Shown: positions 12,101 to 25,100, counted from the whole stretch's first letter. The stretch: DNA of 63,171 nucleotides, filler included, from Reclinomonas americana ATCC 50394 (GCA_048213135.1; 6 parts of 4 records of this genome joined end to end with filler, not necessarily neighbours in it), one strand, 5' to 3'. A program made the numbers and translations. Notes: a model not told the origin generated them from the sequence alone.

Positions 12101-15100
12101 ATGCGCGAATCCAAGTCCCGTCAGCGAGCGCAACAGCAGCAAAGTGCGACCGGTGCGAGCAATGTCACGGGCAACTGATTGCAGAAACTGCACGGAACCG
12201 AGTTGAGAACTCTCGCAGCAGACAAGAAAGGCGCAATACGTGATGAACGAGCGGCACCTCTGGCACGCGCGATACGGCCCCCTGCGCAAACGACTCGTGG
12301 AATGCATCGATCCAGAATGCTTCTCCGGCGGCAATGTTAAAGCGTTTGTCATGCGCCTCTTGGCCATCTTGCTGTGCCGACAGGATGTCTGCGAGTGCGC
12401 ATGTGAGACTCGCAGCGACCGTGCGCACTCCGCACAACACCGCACTGACAAACCGGCGCAATCACTGTCTTCGAACAGATGCAGATCTGCGTCGGGAGCT
12501 GCACGCTGCACTGTTCCTCGGTGACTGGCTTTCTCCACGGGTTTCATGGCCGGTGCGGCCAGTGACGGGCTGTACGCCACGAGGAACTCGCCATGTTCAT
12601 CCTGTCACGAAAGGAAAAAAAGCAATGAGGAATGCAGGCAGGTCACATGTCTCCGGCAGGTGATCTCACCTGCAAACGGCCCTCGAAACACCAGGCGGCC
12701 ACCATGCGCAGGTACGGGCGCGCAAGTGCTACTAACAGCTCTTGCAGGAAGCCGCGAACGTGCGCCTGCGCACGGACACACTCGGCGTACACGAGCGACA
12801 GCAATTCGGGTCCTTCACGTAGCGACCGCACGGATTCCAGCGGCAGAAACTCCACCAATGGCACCACTGCATTGTGCTTGCAAGGGTCAGGAAAAAGTGA
12901 ATGGCCTGTGGGTAGCCCCACGAAAAGGAAGGTACGCACCGCCGGTATGCCCATTGATGCGGATCGCTGGTTCGTCGGCACAATCACCAGCGCAGTGGCA
13001 CAGGCTGGCGACGTACTCGACTTGGAGACGAAGTCGATTCGACAGCAGATGCACCTGTGGAGTATGAAGGGGTGAGGGGCGCATATGAGGCTGGAGAGGA
13101 ACGAAGCACAAGAACAACAACATCGCAACCTGCAGCATGGTGATGCGACTCGCCCCACCCTGGCGGTTGGCCAGCGCGGCTGACAGCTGCAGAATGGACT
13201 TGCGATACGAGAAGACGAAGCGCTCAATGACCGTCAAGAATGCTTGCACAATCAGGCCTCGCCTACAGTGCACAGTCAGCGGCAGCATTCGACGTTCGCC
13301 GACAGCGAATGACATCACCGATGGGCATGCGGCGATCGGTAGAAATTCACAAACGCCTCCAGACGTCGAGCAAAGGTTCCGGCGTCAGCAAATGGTTGCA
13401 GGAGCGACAATGTACTGCCAAAGGGAGCGCATACAGTTAGCAGTATGCTGATTGTGTCATCAGTTTCAACGCGCTTACCTCGACACGCTGGTGGACGGCG
13501 TCCGCACACGCAATGCGACGAGCGATTTTGTGTTGCGACACAGTGCAAATGCAGACGAGGGCACACCAAGCAGTGCATGGAAGCAGTTCGCCACCAGTTC
13601 AGCCTCCGACAGCGATGGTCCGCGTGTCCACGGGCGATGGACGAATTGCCTGCGCGGTGCTCCCTATTCAGCTCACATGCATACACGCACACACATACGC
13701 GACGTGCAAATCGATTGCGCACCGCTTGTGCAACGCATTCAGCAACGCGGGGGCGTCAATCTCCGAGAGGTACGCCGATCCTTGGCGCACCTTCGACACC
13801 CAGTCGGTGTGTGCATCAATGTCGGCAGTCTCGGTGAAGATCATCACCGAGCGGTCAACACTGGCGGGTGACGACGCCGACGACGACACGGCGGCCGACG
13901 ATGGTGAAGAGTAAACGCCGCCATGACTGTCTTCTTCACCGTCGTGGTGGTGGTGGTCGCCGTCCGCGGACTCCCGTACTCGTGGTGTTGGCGGCTCCGC
14001 CACTGTGTACAAGTGCTGTTGCGACACGAAACTCGCCCCGCCGCTTTCGTCGTCGCTCTGCGAGTCGGTATTCCACCGCAATGAGTCGTGGGGGGAAGGT
14101 AGAGTTGGGAGAAAGATATGCTGACGCACCAACGAGGCGCGTTGAGTGCCAAAGAAGCGCGACAGGAGACGAGCTTGCCTGCGGACAGACGTGTGTTGAG
14201 TTAGCAGGCACGCACGAATGCCCCAGACAAGCACAATGGCACAACTCTGTATGCTGTGGCGGTCGCAACACGCCAGCCTCCCTCTCGTCCAGCGCGGGCT
14301 GGCGGAAAAGCTCGCTTATCTGCACACGTGGTGAGCATGCGAACGGCTACACGGGAATGAGTGCGTGACTGACGCACCGTCTGTCGCTGCAGTGCATCCA
14401 CAGGCGCCATCTCCGACGAGTAGCCCGTACAAAACGAAGTAAAGAACCCGCCAGTTCGCCCACTGCCACCAACAACCGCAACCTGCTGCTGCTGCTGCAC
14501 CTCCTCCTTGCCGACGAGTTGCAACTGCTGCTGCTGCTGCTGCTGCTGCGACTCTCTTTCTGCTGGCAACAGAATGGAATCGCTGGAGAGGTCGCCCGCC
14601 AGCGCAATCACAGCTCGCAACGCCAACAGCAGCGTGTGCGCACTCGACGATCCAGACTCGCAGAGCCTGCAACGGGGTGAGCGACTGACCCGCAGACAAC
14701 TGCGACAAGCCCCTCCTCTCTTGCTCGCAACTGCACGGCGCGACGAGCGAGGCGTTCAACAGCCTCCGCATGCTGCGCTCTGCCGAGTCGGCGGAAGCGG
14801 TACGCGGCACTTGCCAGTTGGATCACCACCAACGAATGATCCTCGGCCTGTGACGATGTGCGCCATCGTGATGGTGCCGGTCGAAACTGCACAGACGCGT
14901 GTGAGTCACCGCAGTCGTCATCACATCAACGTTCATCCACACAACTCGTGGATGCATGTCGAGCAGCACGGCAAAGGCAGCGTGACGCGTTGCCGAGGAT
15001 AATGATGATGATGATGATGTTGAGGAAGACGAGGAGGCACGCACTCGCGACACCAGCGATCGCATCTGCTCGATGATGCTCACCGAGCACACCGCACCCT

Positions 15101-15131
15101 CATCGGCGGTGGGCTTGCGCTCCCCACTCAT
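9167..15131 (-). CDS. TUBGCP6: Gamma-tubulin complex component, GCP6-like
   Basis: Spc97/98 GRIP motifs: HLESLRRYLLTQQGDLFDMF, LEVDYCVGWPLNVVIT, RHEMQHFISIMQQYL, LHEAYLNRALQRCLL and LLVRLDYNHHY. A long central coiled-coil/acidic insertion is typical of GCP6. Confidence 0.85.
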
Positions 15132-15145
15132 CGGTGTGCGTGTCA

Positions 15146-15164
15146 GTGTGATTTTTGGCGCGAA
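15146..15164. promoter_or_regulatory. E2F-like site (TTTGGCGCG) next to an initiator-like AATCAC in a 77-nt bidirectional intergenic region
   Basis: TGTGATTTTTGGCGCGAA lies between the divergent ATGs at 15131 and 15209. A near-identical TGTGATTTGGCGCC lies at 22091-22104. Confidence 0.35.
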
Positions 15165-15208
15165 CGCGGGTCGACCGACAACTCACAGAAAGAGGAGAGA
15201 GGAGAGAG

Positions 15209-15608
15209 ATGGAGTCGGCGACGACGCAGCAGCGGCAGCTGTTGGAGTCTCTTTGTTGCGTGCTCGTGTGCGTGTGTGTGTGCGCACGTGTGTGCGAGCG
15301 TGTGTGCGTGTGTGTGTGATCCATGACATCAACTCACGTGTGTGGCAGTGGAACGCGTGGAGACCGTTGACACGGCGATGCGGCGATTGGAGAGCGCGAT
15401 GGAACACATGAAGGATCACACTGCGCCAGGTGCCATGTCATCTCATCGGGTGGTGATCGGTCAATCAATTTCTCATGCCGCGTTCCGCTGCACAGTGTTC
15501 TCGCAAGCCTGGGGCGCCATGTCGAATGAGCTGCGCGTTCGCGGCTTTGCCTCTAAATCTCCCACCGCCGCAGCCGACGCCGAGTTGATCGACTTTGGAA
15601 CTCAATGA
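15209..15608 (+). CDS. Small (~79 aa) coiled-coil protein, possibly DASH/Dam1 subunit-like (Dad1/Dad4)
   Basis: Three exons give MESATTQQRQLLESLLERVETVDTAMRRLESAMEHMKDHTAPVFSQAWGAMSNELRVRGFASKSPTAAADAELIDFGTQ-TGA. The family call is only a recalled resemblance. Confidence 0.5.
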
Positions 15609-15725
15609 GTAGAGTGTGTAAAGCGAACTGTAAATGACACAGCATCGCCGCCGAAAACGCCTCGCGCAAAACGCACTCCATTTTGCTGCAATCACACTTG
15701 GTCACGGGCTGTTGCCGCGTGCACC

Positions 15726-17930
15726 ATGTCAGACGCCTCAGTTGCCGAAGTGCTGCCGGTGACGATGATGCACAAGGCACCTGTGAGCGACGACAGTGAA
15801 GTCGGTAGGCCCACGACGCCGGCGGTGGCGGCTCGCAGTGTTCGGTGGCGGAGTACGCAGTCGAGCCCGACGGTGAGTATGCGTGTGTGTGTGCATGCGT
15901 GTTGCAAAAAGGCGAATGGAGGGGAGAAGCAGCTGGCTCACACACGTAAGACGCAGAGGACAAGTTCTCCGCTGCGCTCCACGCTCCTCCCCAAATCAGC
16001 ACTGGCCTCCCTGCTTCCTCCGCGTCTCGGTGTGCGTTCGGCGCCGCTGAGCGAAATGACAGAGGCCGTCAACCGCCGAGCCAACACAACTCTGGCAATC
16101 CTGGAGAGCACAGCGTCGGCGGTGGATGCACCAGTTCCCAACACCGACAAGCCGCCTTCCCGGTTCGAGGCTCTCTCTCTCTCTTCCTTTTTCGCCACTG
16201 TCAAAACTCACCCACTGGTGCAGCAATGCAAGGCAGCAGCACCACGGTGGGTTCCGAATACAGCCTGTGGGTGGAGGTGGAGGATCACGCGGTGCATCCA
16301 CGGCGGCGTCGTCCGTCAAGAGCACCGCGCGCCGAGTTGCGGTGCGTGTGCACATGCCGCGGAGAGAATGCTGTTTAGATGGTCGTTCCCTGAACGATCC
16401 TGATGTGCATGCACAGCATGGTACCACTGCCGACGGCACGGCCTTTATGCTTTCGTTGATTGGCAAGGCGGATCTGCATCAGTTCACTGAGCTGGAGAGA
16501 AATATGGGTGAGGGGGAGGAGAGAGAGAGAGAGAATGGATAGGAGATCTGCGACGGTTGCGCTTACTGTGCGTCGGGGACCGTAATGCAGAGTGGCTCAC
16601 CAGCGTGATCCAAGAGCCGCAAAGGCGCGTTCCTCGTTCACGTGGAGGGGCGAGACCGTCGGGCCTTACCCTGCCACCTCTTCAAACAGGTGCGTGTTGT
16701 GTGTCGATCCTTTCCATTCCGCGGAGTAGTCAGCGAACTGATTGTGCGCGCAGAGGGCAAACCTCGGAGACCTGTGGATGCGGACAGCGGTAGGCAGCCG
16801 GTGGCCAGCGGCAACGATGTGGCGCGTGGAGCCGGTCTCAGTGCTGCCAAACCGAGACCAGCGCGTATGAGCAACATGCAAGCCATTGTGCGCGCCACAT
16901 GTGACAAGTACGTTGCCGATCCGAAGCTGCTGCAAGAGCTGTTTTCACGTGCAGGTGTGTGCTGGCGCTCGTTAAGCAGGAGTGCTGCGTCCTCAATTGA
17001 CTCGTCATGTTGCAGAGGCGGCTGAGGCCGAGATTCGACGGGAGGCCAAGGAACAGCAGCTGCGGTGGAGTGCGTGCGATCACTTGCAAACCAACAAGGC
17101 GCAGCTACAGTCGTTCTCGCCGGAAATCCATCGCGAGCTGCAAGACGCCAAGATCCAACAGCGCCGCATGCACTTTGAACTCGTGACGCATCGACACGAC
17201 GAAGTCGTGCAAACCACCGCCGCTGACTTGGAGGAATCGTACAATTCGTTTGAGGAGCGACTTGCACGCGCAGAGAGCATCAAGCAGGAGGCGCTGCTGC
17301 TGCCGAAATTCCGACGTCTGCAATGCACGTGGATGACGGCGGTGATGGCTGCCTGTCGCGTTGTGTTCTTTGCCGAGACTCTGTTGGTGAGTGCGATGGC
17401 CTGTTTGTAGCGGCGGCACCTCCTGCATGCTCACATTTTTTCTCTCTTCGACAGACGAGTCAGGTGTTGTGGAAGCAACAGCGCGCAGTGCGTGTGCTTG
17501 AAGTGCTGTTCATGCCAAGGGTGTGCACACAGTCCACGTGCCCTNNNNNNNNNNNNNNNNNNNNNNNNNNNNNNNNNNNNNNNNNNNNTTAATTAATTAA
17601 NNNNNNNNNNNNNNNNNNNNNNNNNNNNNNNNNNNNNNNNNNNNTTGGACCGCGGCCAGTGTGGCGGGTGCGTTGGAGAAGACCCTTTACTTTCCATCGT
17701 TTTTCTCTTTCTCTCTGTGTCGTACTCACTGCCGCTTGCGTCTGCAGACACTGCTCACCGATTGCGAGTTGCTGGAGATGCTGGTGGAATGCATTGCCGA
17801 CGTGCGACTGAAGCCTCGGCCCTCTGCGGTCGCGGCGTCGGAAGCCACGAGCTCTCACATCTTGAAAAATCGCAGTCTGGCTGCGCGGCGTACGTTTGGA
17901 GGCTCCGGGACCTTCTTCATGCCGTCATAA
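15726..17930 (+). CDS. Hypothetical protein with coiled-coil region; spans an assembly gap
   Basis: A consistent GT-AG exon chain runs from MSDASVAEVLP, including a helical exon at 17017-17385 (AEAEIRREAKEQQLRW...). The terminal exon after the gap ends TFFMPS-TAA; linkage across the gap is assumed. Confidence 0.55.
17589..17600. other. Artificial six-frame-stop scaffolding linker TTAATTAATTAA (also at 26145, 53901, 57570, 59495)
   Basis: An identical 12-mer is centred in ~100-nt N runs five times. Confidence 0.95.
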
Positions 17931-17992
17931 AAAACCAGCAGCTTTTGTTCGCACTTTGAAGCAATTTGTTCGCATTTTGTGATTTTTCTGAG

Positions 17993-20123
17993 ATGGGAGA
18001 GCAGGCACGACAAACGTTTCGACAGCCGCCGCCCAAGGCGTGGACGCTGGACGCACACATCGACCCAGCTTTCCGTGGTCTCACCGATCACGACGGCGGA
18101 TTCAGGTGTGTGTGAGGCGCCCTGAGAGTGAATGAATGGCATTGGGCGTTGTGCGTGCCGTTGAGTGTTGGTGCGACTGGTTTCTCACAATGTTGTGTGT
18201 CTGTGTGTAGCTGGCTTCCTGGTCCTGGATGGCGCCCAGAAGCACGTGCTCTGACCAAGCATGAGAGTTGCGCACGCGCAGCGTGAGTGTTTGTAAGAGA
18301 GCGAGTGACTATCTCACACAAATCAACAACACAGCAAGCCGACAGGGCAACACCTACTTCCACCACGGAGCATCGCGTCGCGACCCTCACGCCTCACTGG
18401 TGAGTGATCGCGTGGTACCGCACACGTACACACACAAGGCCCTGCTCGTCCTCCTTTTTCTCCGTCTACCACTGACCGTTCCTCGTTGTAGCATGTCGGT
18501 GATCCGTTTGTCGACGCCACGAAGCGACCGCCTTATCGCGAGGATGATCAGCGACGCTGGCTGGCGGCCAACCGCATCCCAACGCGGACCGACGCACGAC
18601 TGCAGTGGCAGCCGAGTGGCGACAACCGCCCGACAGAAGCGCCAAAATCCGAGTCGGCTCTCCAGTCCATGCGTGTCGGTGGCAAGCCGCCGACCAGTCA
18701 CTACGAGTACAGGGTGCGTGTTTGTGTAGGCAGCGTAGAGGATCACACTCAGCTCTCATCTCGTCTCTGTGCAGTCGGACCCGTTCCGCGATCCGCCGCG
18801 TGTGCACTACTCGGGTCCTGGTATCGGTGGCTCTCGTGTTGGGGGAGCGTTCGACAAGAACCCCTATCGCTACGTGGAGATGCCAGAAGCCGACGAGGAC
18901 GCACCAAAGCCGCGCAAGCCGGAACGAGTGGTGCAGCCGTATCAGCCGCGAACACACAGTACATTTAGTGCGGCGCCGGCGTACGCCTCGGACGCACCGC
19001 AGTCGTCGGCTGGAGTCGACGACATTGAGCAGATGGAGGGAGTCGCCGGCCAAGAGAAGACGCCACCGATGCGCTTCGGTGGTGCCGGTAAGAATGCCGA
19101 CAATAGGTATCCGACGCTGGCAGTCGGCGACGAGTACGTGGATCGGTCGCGAATCAGTTGCGTCGAAAAAAAGTAGCGGGCTGTCACCACCGCGACATCT
19201 CTCGCTGAAGCCTCTGCCTCTGCAAACAGGACCGACACCCAGACTCGGTTTCTCCACGAAGCGCGCCAATGCCGATTTCTCACGTCCAGGCTCGCTGGCG
19301 GTTGGCGACCCCTTCCGTGACAAGTCGACGTCTTTCCGTGATAACAAACGGCCAGGCAGTGCACCGGCGTGGAAGTCGGGCAGGTTGGTGGTGTTGGAGA
19401 ATGTTGGTGGATGCGCTTTTGTTCATCCGCCGACCACCCATCCGTTACTGCTCTCTCTCGTGCAGCAAGAAAACGGCGCTCAAGTCGCACTACGAGTGGA
19501 TCCCGTCTCCGGAAGTTGCACAGAATGCACCACGAGCCTCTGTCAGTGCGCGTCCATCGGGGTCGAGTGCGGCGGCTGCACGCTCCAACATTGCCGGCGT
19601 CTTCAGCTCTGCGAGTCAATGGATGCCCGATCCGTACCAGGAGCCGAAGCATGTTGCGTCGAGGCGTCGTCAGTGCGTACTCGGTGAAACTGCTCGAGTA
19701 ACTGTGCAAACGTGGTGCAGGAGCCACGCGGACGCATGCGTGTGGATCGACCGAAAGGGACGTTTGACTCGAACCCGTACCGCCATGTGGAGGTGCCGGA
19801 GAGCGGCAGCGGCGCAGATAATATCGACATGCAGCCGGCCAAGGTGCGTGTGTGTGTATGTATCCGCTCCAGATCCATCAATGCTGCTGTGTGAGCTGAA
19901 CTTGTATTGTTCGCAGACGAAGCGCGTGGTTACCGCGTTCCAGGTGCGCAAACACGACACGATCGGTGCGCCGCCGCCAGTGATGAGTGAGCCGTACGAG
20001 GACAAGCCAGCGCGCGACAGTGCACCGCGCAAGGGACTCGTTCTGAAGGGTATCACATCGCACACTCGTCCCACTGCTGCGTACCACGACGGATGGCTTG
20101 GCGATCGGCCGCAGCGATTCTGA
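17993..20123 (+). CDS. CFAP96/C4orf47 (DUF4586)-like cilia/microtubule-associated protein
   Basis: Repeated motifs LAVGDEYVD / LAVGDPFRD and FDKNPYRYVE / FDSNPYRHVE, plus GFSTKR and MSEPYED, recall C4orf47 (ITVGDKY, YFDANPY, HSADPY). Confidence 0.5.
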
Positions 20124-20192
20124 ATGTGGTTTTTTCGGTCTACAGTCAGTGTACGATTCTGTTTTATGCAAACAGAAAGAATATGTGTTTTT

Positions 20193-22053
20193 TTATTCTA
20201 GCCCAGCAGGTAGGGGTCTCCGCTGCATTACTACAACAAGCTTCCAGATGGACAGTGCCGTGCACCCAATCGCCAGCAATGTGCCAAATATTATTAGCAA
20301 CCAGTCGCCGACCTTGGCCCAGAAACTCGTGCCCTCCTTGCTGACCAGTTTCCAGTGCAGCAAACCAGGGAACAACAGCCCCAGTGTCGCGCCGCCAAAG
20401 CTTCCCACAATGCTGCGTCCCGCATCAACAACAGTCAGCCACACTGACAACACCAACGAGTGCACAGCTCAAAGTGTAACGAACCCTACAAACTCTCCAA
20501 AGTGCGGAATGATGACGGCCACCACAGTGATAAAGGCCACCACCAGGGTGCGAATAATCACTCGTTTTAGCAGAGCGCTGCACAGTTGAGGTGAGTGTCG
20601 GCGGTGACGATCACTTCTGGAGCGAACACACACACGCACGCACCAGAAGCTGGACTGAGCGCGAGACTGGCGCCGACCACTACTTCTGTCGTCCTCCTCC
20701 TCGTCGGCAGCGCCGCTGCCGCAGCCGTCGAGCATGCGGTCGACAATCTCCAACACCGGAAACAGTTGAATGGGAAAGGTGCCGAGGAGCGAAAACACCA
20801 CCAGCGCCTTGATGGCCACTGCGAGTGGCGTGATGAGAGGCAAGTGAGTGACACGAGCGCACGCACGCGCACGTACCGGAGAGGGGATCCTTTGGGAGGA
20901 GTGGCAAGATCAACGCATTGTGCATGCGGTCCGCAAACGCCATGTATCCCAGCAGGCCGAAAGACAGCACCAGAATAAACACCAAGGTGTAGCCGGTGAT
21001 GAGAATGAGATTAAAACGCGATGGCGTCTTCATCGACTGGTGGATCGGCAGAATGGTGCCGACGCCCTCCACGGCAAACAAAAAGGTGCCGATGCTGATC
21101 GGGAACATCCAGTTCACCAGCGTGGTGGCCGCCACGCTCTCGCGGCTCATCAGCGTGACATCCCAGTACAGCACGCACACAATGGCCGCAAACAAGGTGC
21201 CGTTGGCCAGCATACTGAGAGCGAGCGAAGAGCACATGAGCGATCGGTGTGCGAGTACCACATGCGTGGCACGAGAGCGCACCTGACAGGCGCCACATAG
21301 TCGAGCGAGTTTAGCCACGAAATGGGCGTCAGCGCACCGGCACACACAAACACCCACGCCCACTGCGGCATGATCGGCACCAGATGAACCAGCGTCGCCG
21401 ACGTGAAAATCAGGTACGCCACACAGCAGCCGGCTTGCGAAAAGATGAGCAGGATGTCGATCTGTCGCCAACGTTTGTGAGACGCGCGAAAGCAAGAAAA
21501 ACAAGACCACAAGAGAGTCGCACTCACCGCCACGTGACACACTCGCCCGTACGCCGCATTGCCAATCTCCCCATATTGCGTCTTGCCGCAGCGCAACTTG
21601 GCCGCCACCAGCAGATGCGAGCACCAACCAGAGACCAGCACCACCGACAGCAGAAGCAGAGAGCCAAGCTGCCAAAGGCGTCATGATCAGCGACAAACGC
21701 ACACACAAGAACGTGAGAGGTGTAAACTCACCACTGTGCCAGCGTGTTTGAAGGCGAACGGAATGGCGAGAATGCCACTGCCGACCGAACCCTTGAGCAG
21801 ATTCAACCACGCAAAACACGTTCTGTGCGCCTTGTGTCAGTCTCTGTGGCCCTCTACACAAACTAACACACACAAAGAAAGAGAAACACACACAGACGCG
21901 CACGCACCCGCTCTTGGCCTTGTCATCGCGCACCGCCACTGGCGACGACGAGTACTTTCCACCCTCCTCGTCGCCTTTGCGCGTGCTGTTGTTGTGTGAA
22001 GAGGCCGGCAACAGTGGCTCATTCTCAGGCGACGAAGGCGACGATCGCTTCAT
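20193..22053 (-). CDS. AAAP-family amino acid transporter (SLC36/Avt3-like)
   Basis: Motifs NLLKGSVGSGILAIPFAFKHAG, SQAGCCVAYLIF, IGTFLFAVEGVGTILPIHQSMKTP and TFPIQLFPVLEIV. The N-terminus has a dileucine-like ENEPLL. Confidence 0.93.
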
Positions 22054-22196
22054 CGGCAACGAGAGAAAACGACGACGAGGATCGTAACGTTGTGATTTGG
22101 CGCCCACACACACACAATGATATCCCCGTGAACAATACCGCTCGCGCCACCGCAACTGTCCTTGCTATTCACGCACGCACGCACGCACGCGCATCG

Positions 22197-25100
22197 ATGT
22201 CAGGGCGCCGCGGTGGAAGTGGAAACGGCAGTGGAGGCAGTGCAAACTCGCCTCCATCGTCTCCAAAAAATGGCGGCAAACACGTGTCATCTCCTCCACT
22301 CCTGCGAACTCCGCCGCCGTTGCCGCCTCCATCAGTGCTCCAACAGCACATGTCACTTGTGCAACAACAGCAACAACAGCAACAGCAGCAGCAACCACAG
22401 CCACGCTCATCTCCGCCTCTGCCGCCGCCACCACCGCCGCCTGCTGTGCCTGTGCGCTCGTCGTATGTGTCGCCCTCGGCGATGAGTGGCAGCAGCTATG
22501 TGGTGGCGGGAGTGCCAGCTGCTACCAGTACTACTGCTACTGCCACTACAGCGGTGCCAGTGGATGTGTCGCGGCGTAATCATCATCATCACCCGCAACA
22601 GCAGCCGCACAATCATCATCACCAGCTCCAACCGCATTCACCGCACCTTCCGCAGCATCACTCACCACAGCAGCAGCCGCGGTCACAGCAGCAGCAACCG
22701 GTGTCACCGCCGGTGCCGGGAGTGGCTTTTCATGAGAGACATCCGTTGCAACCGCAATCTAGGTCGTCGCCACCACAACAGCAGCAGCAGCAGCAGCAGC
22801 ATGGTCGGCGACGACGCTCGCCAATGTCGCAGTCGCGTCCGCATGTGGTGTTTCAGCAGCCGGTGGATGACGTGGCGGGCGACGGCGATGATGATGCAGG
22901 AGGAGACGATGAAGAGGCGTCTGAGGATGCGGTCGGCTCGCCAGACGGTGGTGACTGTGCGCGAGTTGCGTGGGGAGGCAGCGTGCCTTTGCGTGTGTGT
23001 GTGATGGGAACGCGAATCGTGACTCTTGTTGTTGCGTAGATGGGCGGTGCTTCGTCCTCGCTGGCCTCCACAGCGGTGCTGTCGCTTACCATGCCGTCTG
23101 CGCTCTTGCCCGGCGTCGCGAGTACCACACCGAGCGATGCGGCGACCCCCGCCACGGTCACGCTGACGACCAACACGTTCTTGCGAGGATTCCACTCGTT
23201 CCTGCGCAGCGGCGAGTTTGCCGATTTCACTCTTGTTCTGCCGTCGGCGACCATGAAGCGCGCTCCGCTGTCGCTGGCGAGCCACATAAGGCAGCACAGC
23301 TCGTCGTCGGAGCGAGACGCTGATGTGGATAGCGAAGTTCTTGGCTCACCCGACGTCGATGCGGAGGCTGCCGAGACAGGCAAGCGCCTCCCCGCCGTCG
23401 TCGGATCGTCGAGTACGGTCGCCGCGTCGCAACCGAAGAGACCACCACCGGCTGTCAGCGCGCTGCGAGGCGACGACGAGCGCCGGGTCCACCGCATCCT
23501 CCTCTCACATCAGTCGGGATACTTTCGCGCCCTGCTCTCGGGCGACTTTCGAGAAAAGGACGAGGTGAGTCTGAGCACAGCGTCGCCAGAAGGAAGAGCA
23601 AGAAAAAACTCACTTGAAATGTTTGCAGGGCCGTGTGGACCTCAGTGAGCTGGCCGACCCCTACCGCGTGTTCCCGACCCTGCTGGAATACTTTTACACG
23701 GGCTCGGTGGAAGTGACAGACGACACCATTATTCCACTCATCTCCATGGCGCAGGTGTGTGTTGCTGTGCGGCGAGTGTCGAGGGGAAATAAGTTGTGAC
23801 GCTAATGTGCGTGTTTGTGACTGCAGTTCTTTGAGGTGCCGGAGTTGTCCAAGTCGCTGGTAGATCACGTGCACGCTCGCTGCCGTGATTCCACGGCGCC
23901 CCTGGTGCAATTCCTGCGCCTGGCCATTGATCAGTCGCTGGCTGACCTGGAGTCGTTGTTGCGTCTCGAACCAATCTCTTTTCTTCTCTGTGTATGTGGG
24001 TTTGATTCATTGTCGTGTGCGCAGCTTCCTGAGTTGGGTGGCGCGACGCTTCTCGCTGTACTGCTCAGACGAGCAGCTGGCGAGCCTCCCCACCGACAAG
24101 CTTATCGAGCTGCTGAGATTGGACGAGTTCTTTGCTGAGGGCGTTACCGACGTTGCGCACCGCATGCCTCGTCGAGTTCACGTGTGCTCCGCTCACACTT
24201 CCTCCAGGTGGCGACCTTTGCGTGCCTGCACATTCGGCTGGCCAGAGAGGTGTCGGCCAACGAGTTCTGCGCCTTGTACGAACACGTGGACAAGGTGTGT
24301 TGTTGTTTATGATGTTGAGCCGGCACCTCTTTGTTGGAGAACTGACCATGTGGTGCCATTAGATGTTGCCGGCCGACGCAGCATTCCTCTTGCGCCGTGC
24401 GATTTGCCTCGGCTGCGACATGCCAACGTCGGTGTTTATCGAGGCCATGGCTCGCGACATGTCGCAGCTCAGACCAGAGGCTCTTGTCGACCTGCCACTG
24501 GAAGGTTTGTCTTGTCTGGGTACCAGCCAATGGTTGCAGTTCCCTTGCTGACGAGATGTGGGGTACAGTCGTGGTCGCGCTGCTGTCCAGTGACATGTTG
24601 CACGTCGAGTCGGAGATGACAGTGTACCGTTGTGTGCACACGGTCGCCTCGGCTCGGCGTGAGACCCTGGCACAGCAGGATCTGTGCAAGCTGTACGGCA
24701 CAATTCGCTTCTCTTTCCTCACCGAAGAAGAGCTGCTGCTGGTGCGCTGCCTGCTCGGAGTTGAGAGTCTTCTTGCCCCGTTTTTTTGCCTCACCCTCGG
24801 CCGTACATGCGCAGGTTCGCAACGACCCGCTCATCCCACGTGAACTGCTGCTGGACGAGCTGATGACGCTTGTCACCTCGAAGCACCGCATCATTCCCCA
24901 AAAGTTTGTGTGTTTGTGTTGGTGAAGTGCTCTGTGGTCTTGCGCAGTTTTGCTGACTTGTTGCATTGTTGCCAGGTGCCGCTTTTACGTGCAAAAAGTG
25001 CGCTTCAGTGCCACTCTGCACGGGTCTCGCATCCATGTTGCGCGTTTCTTGATTGTCCTGCCGTGGGAAAATAAGGTCGTGTTACTGAGTGAGGCACTGC

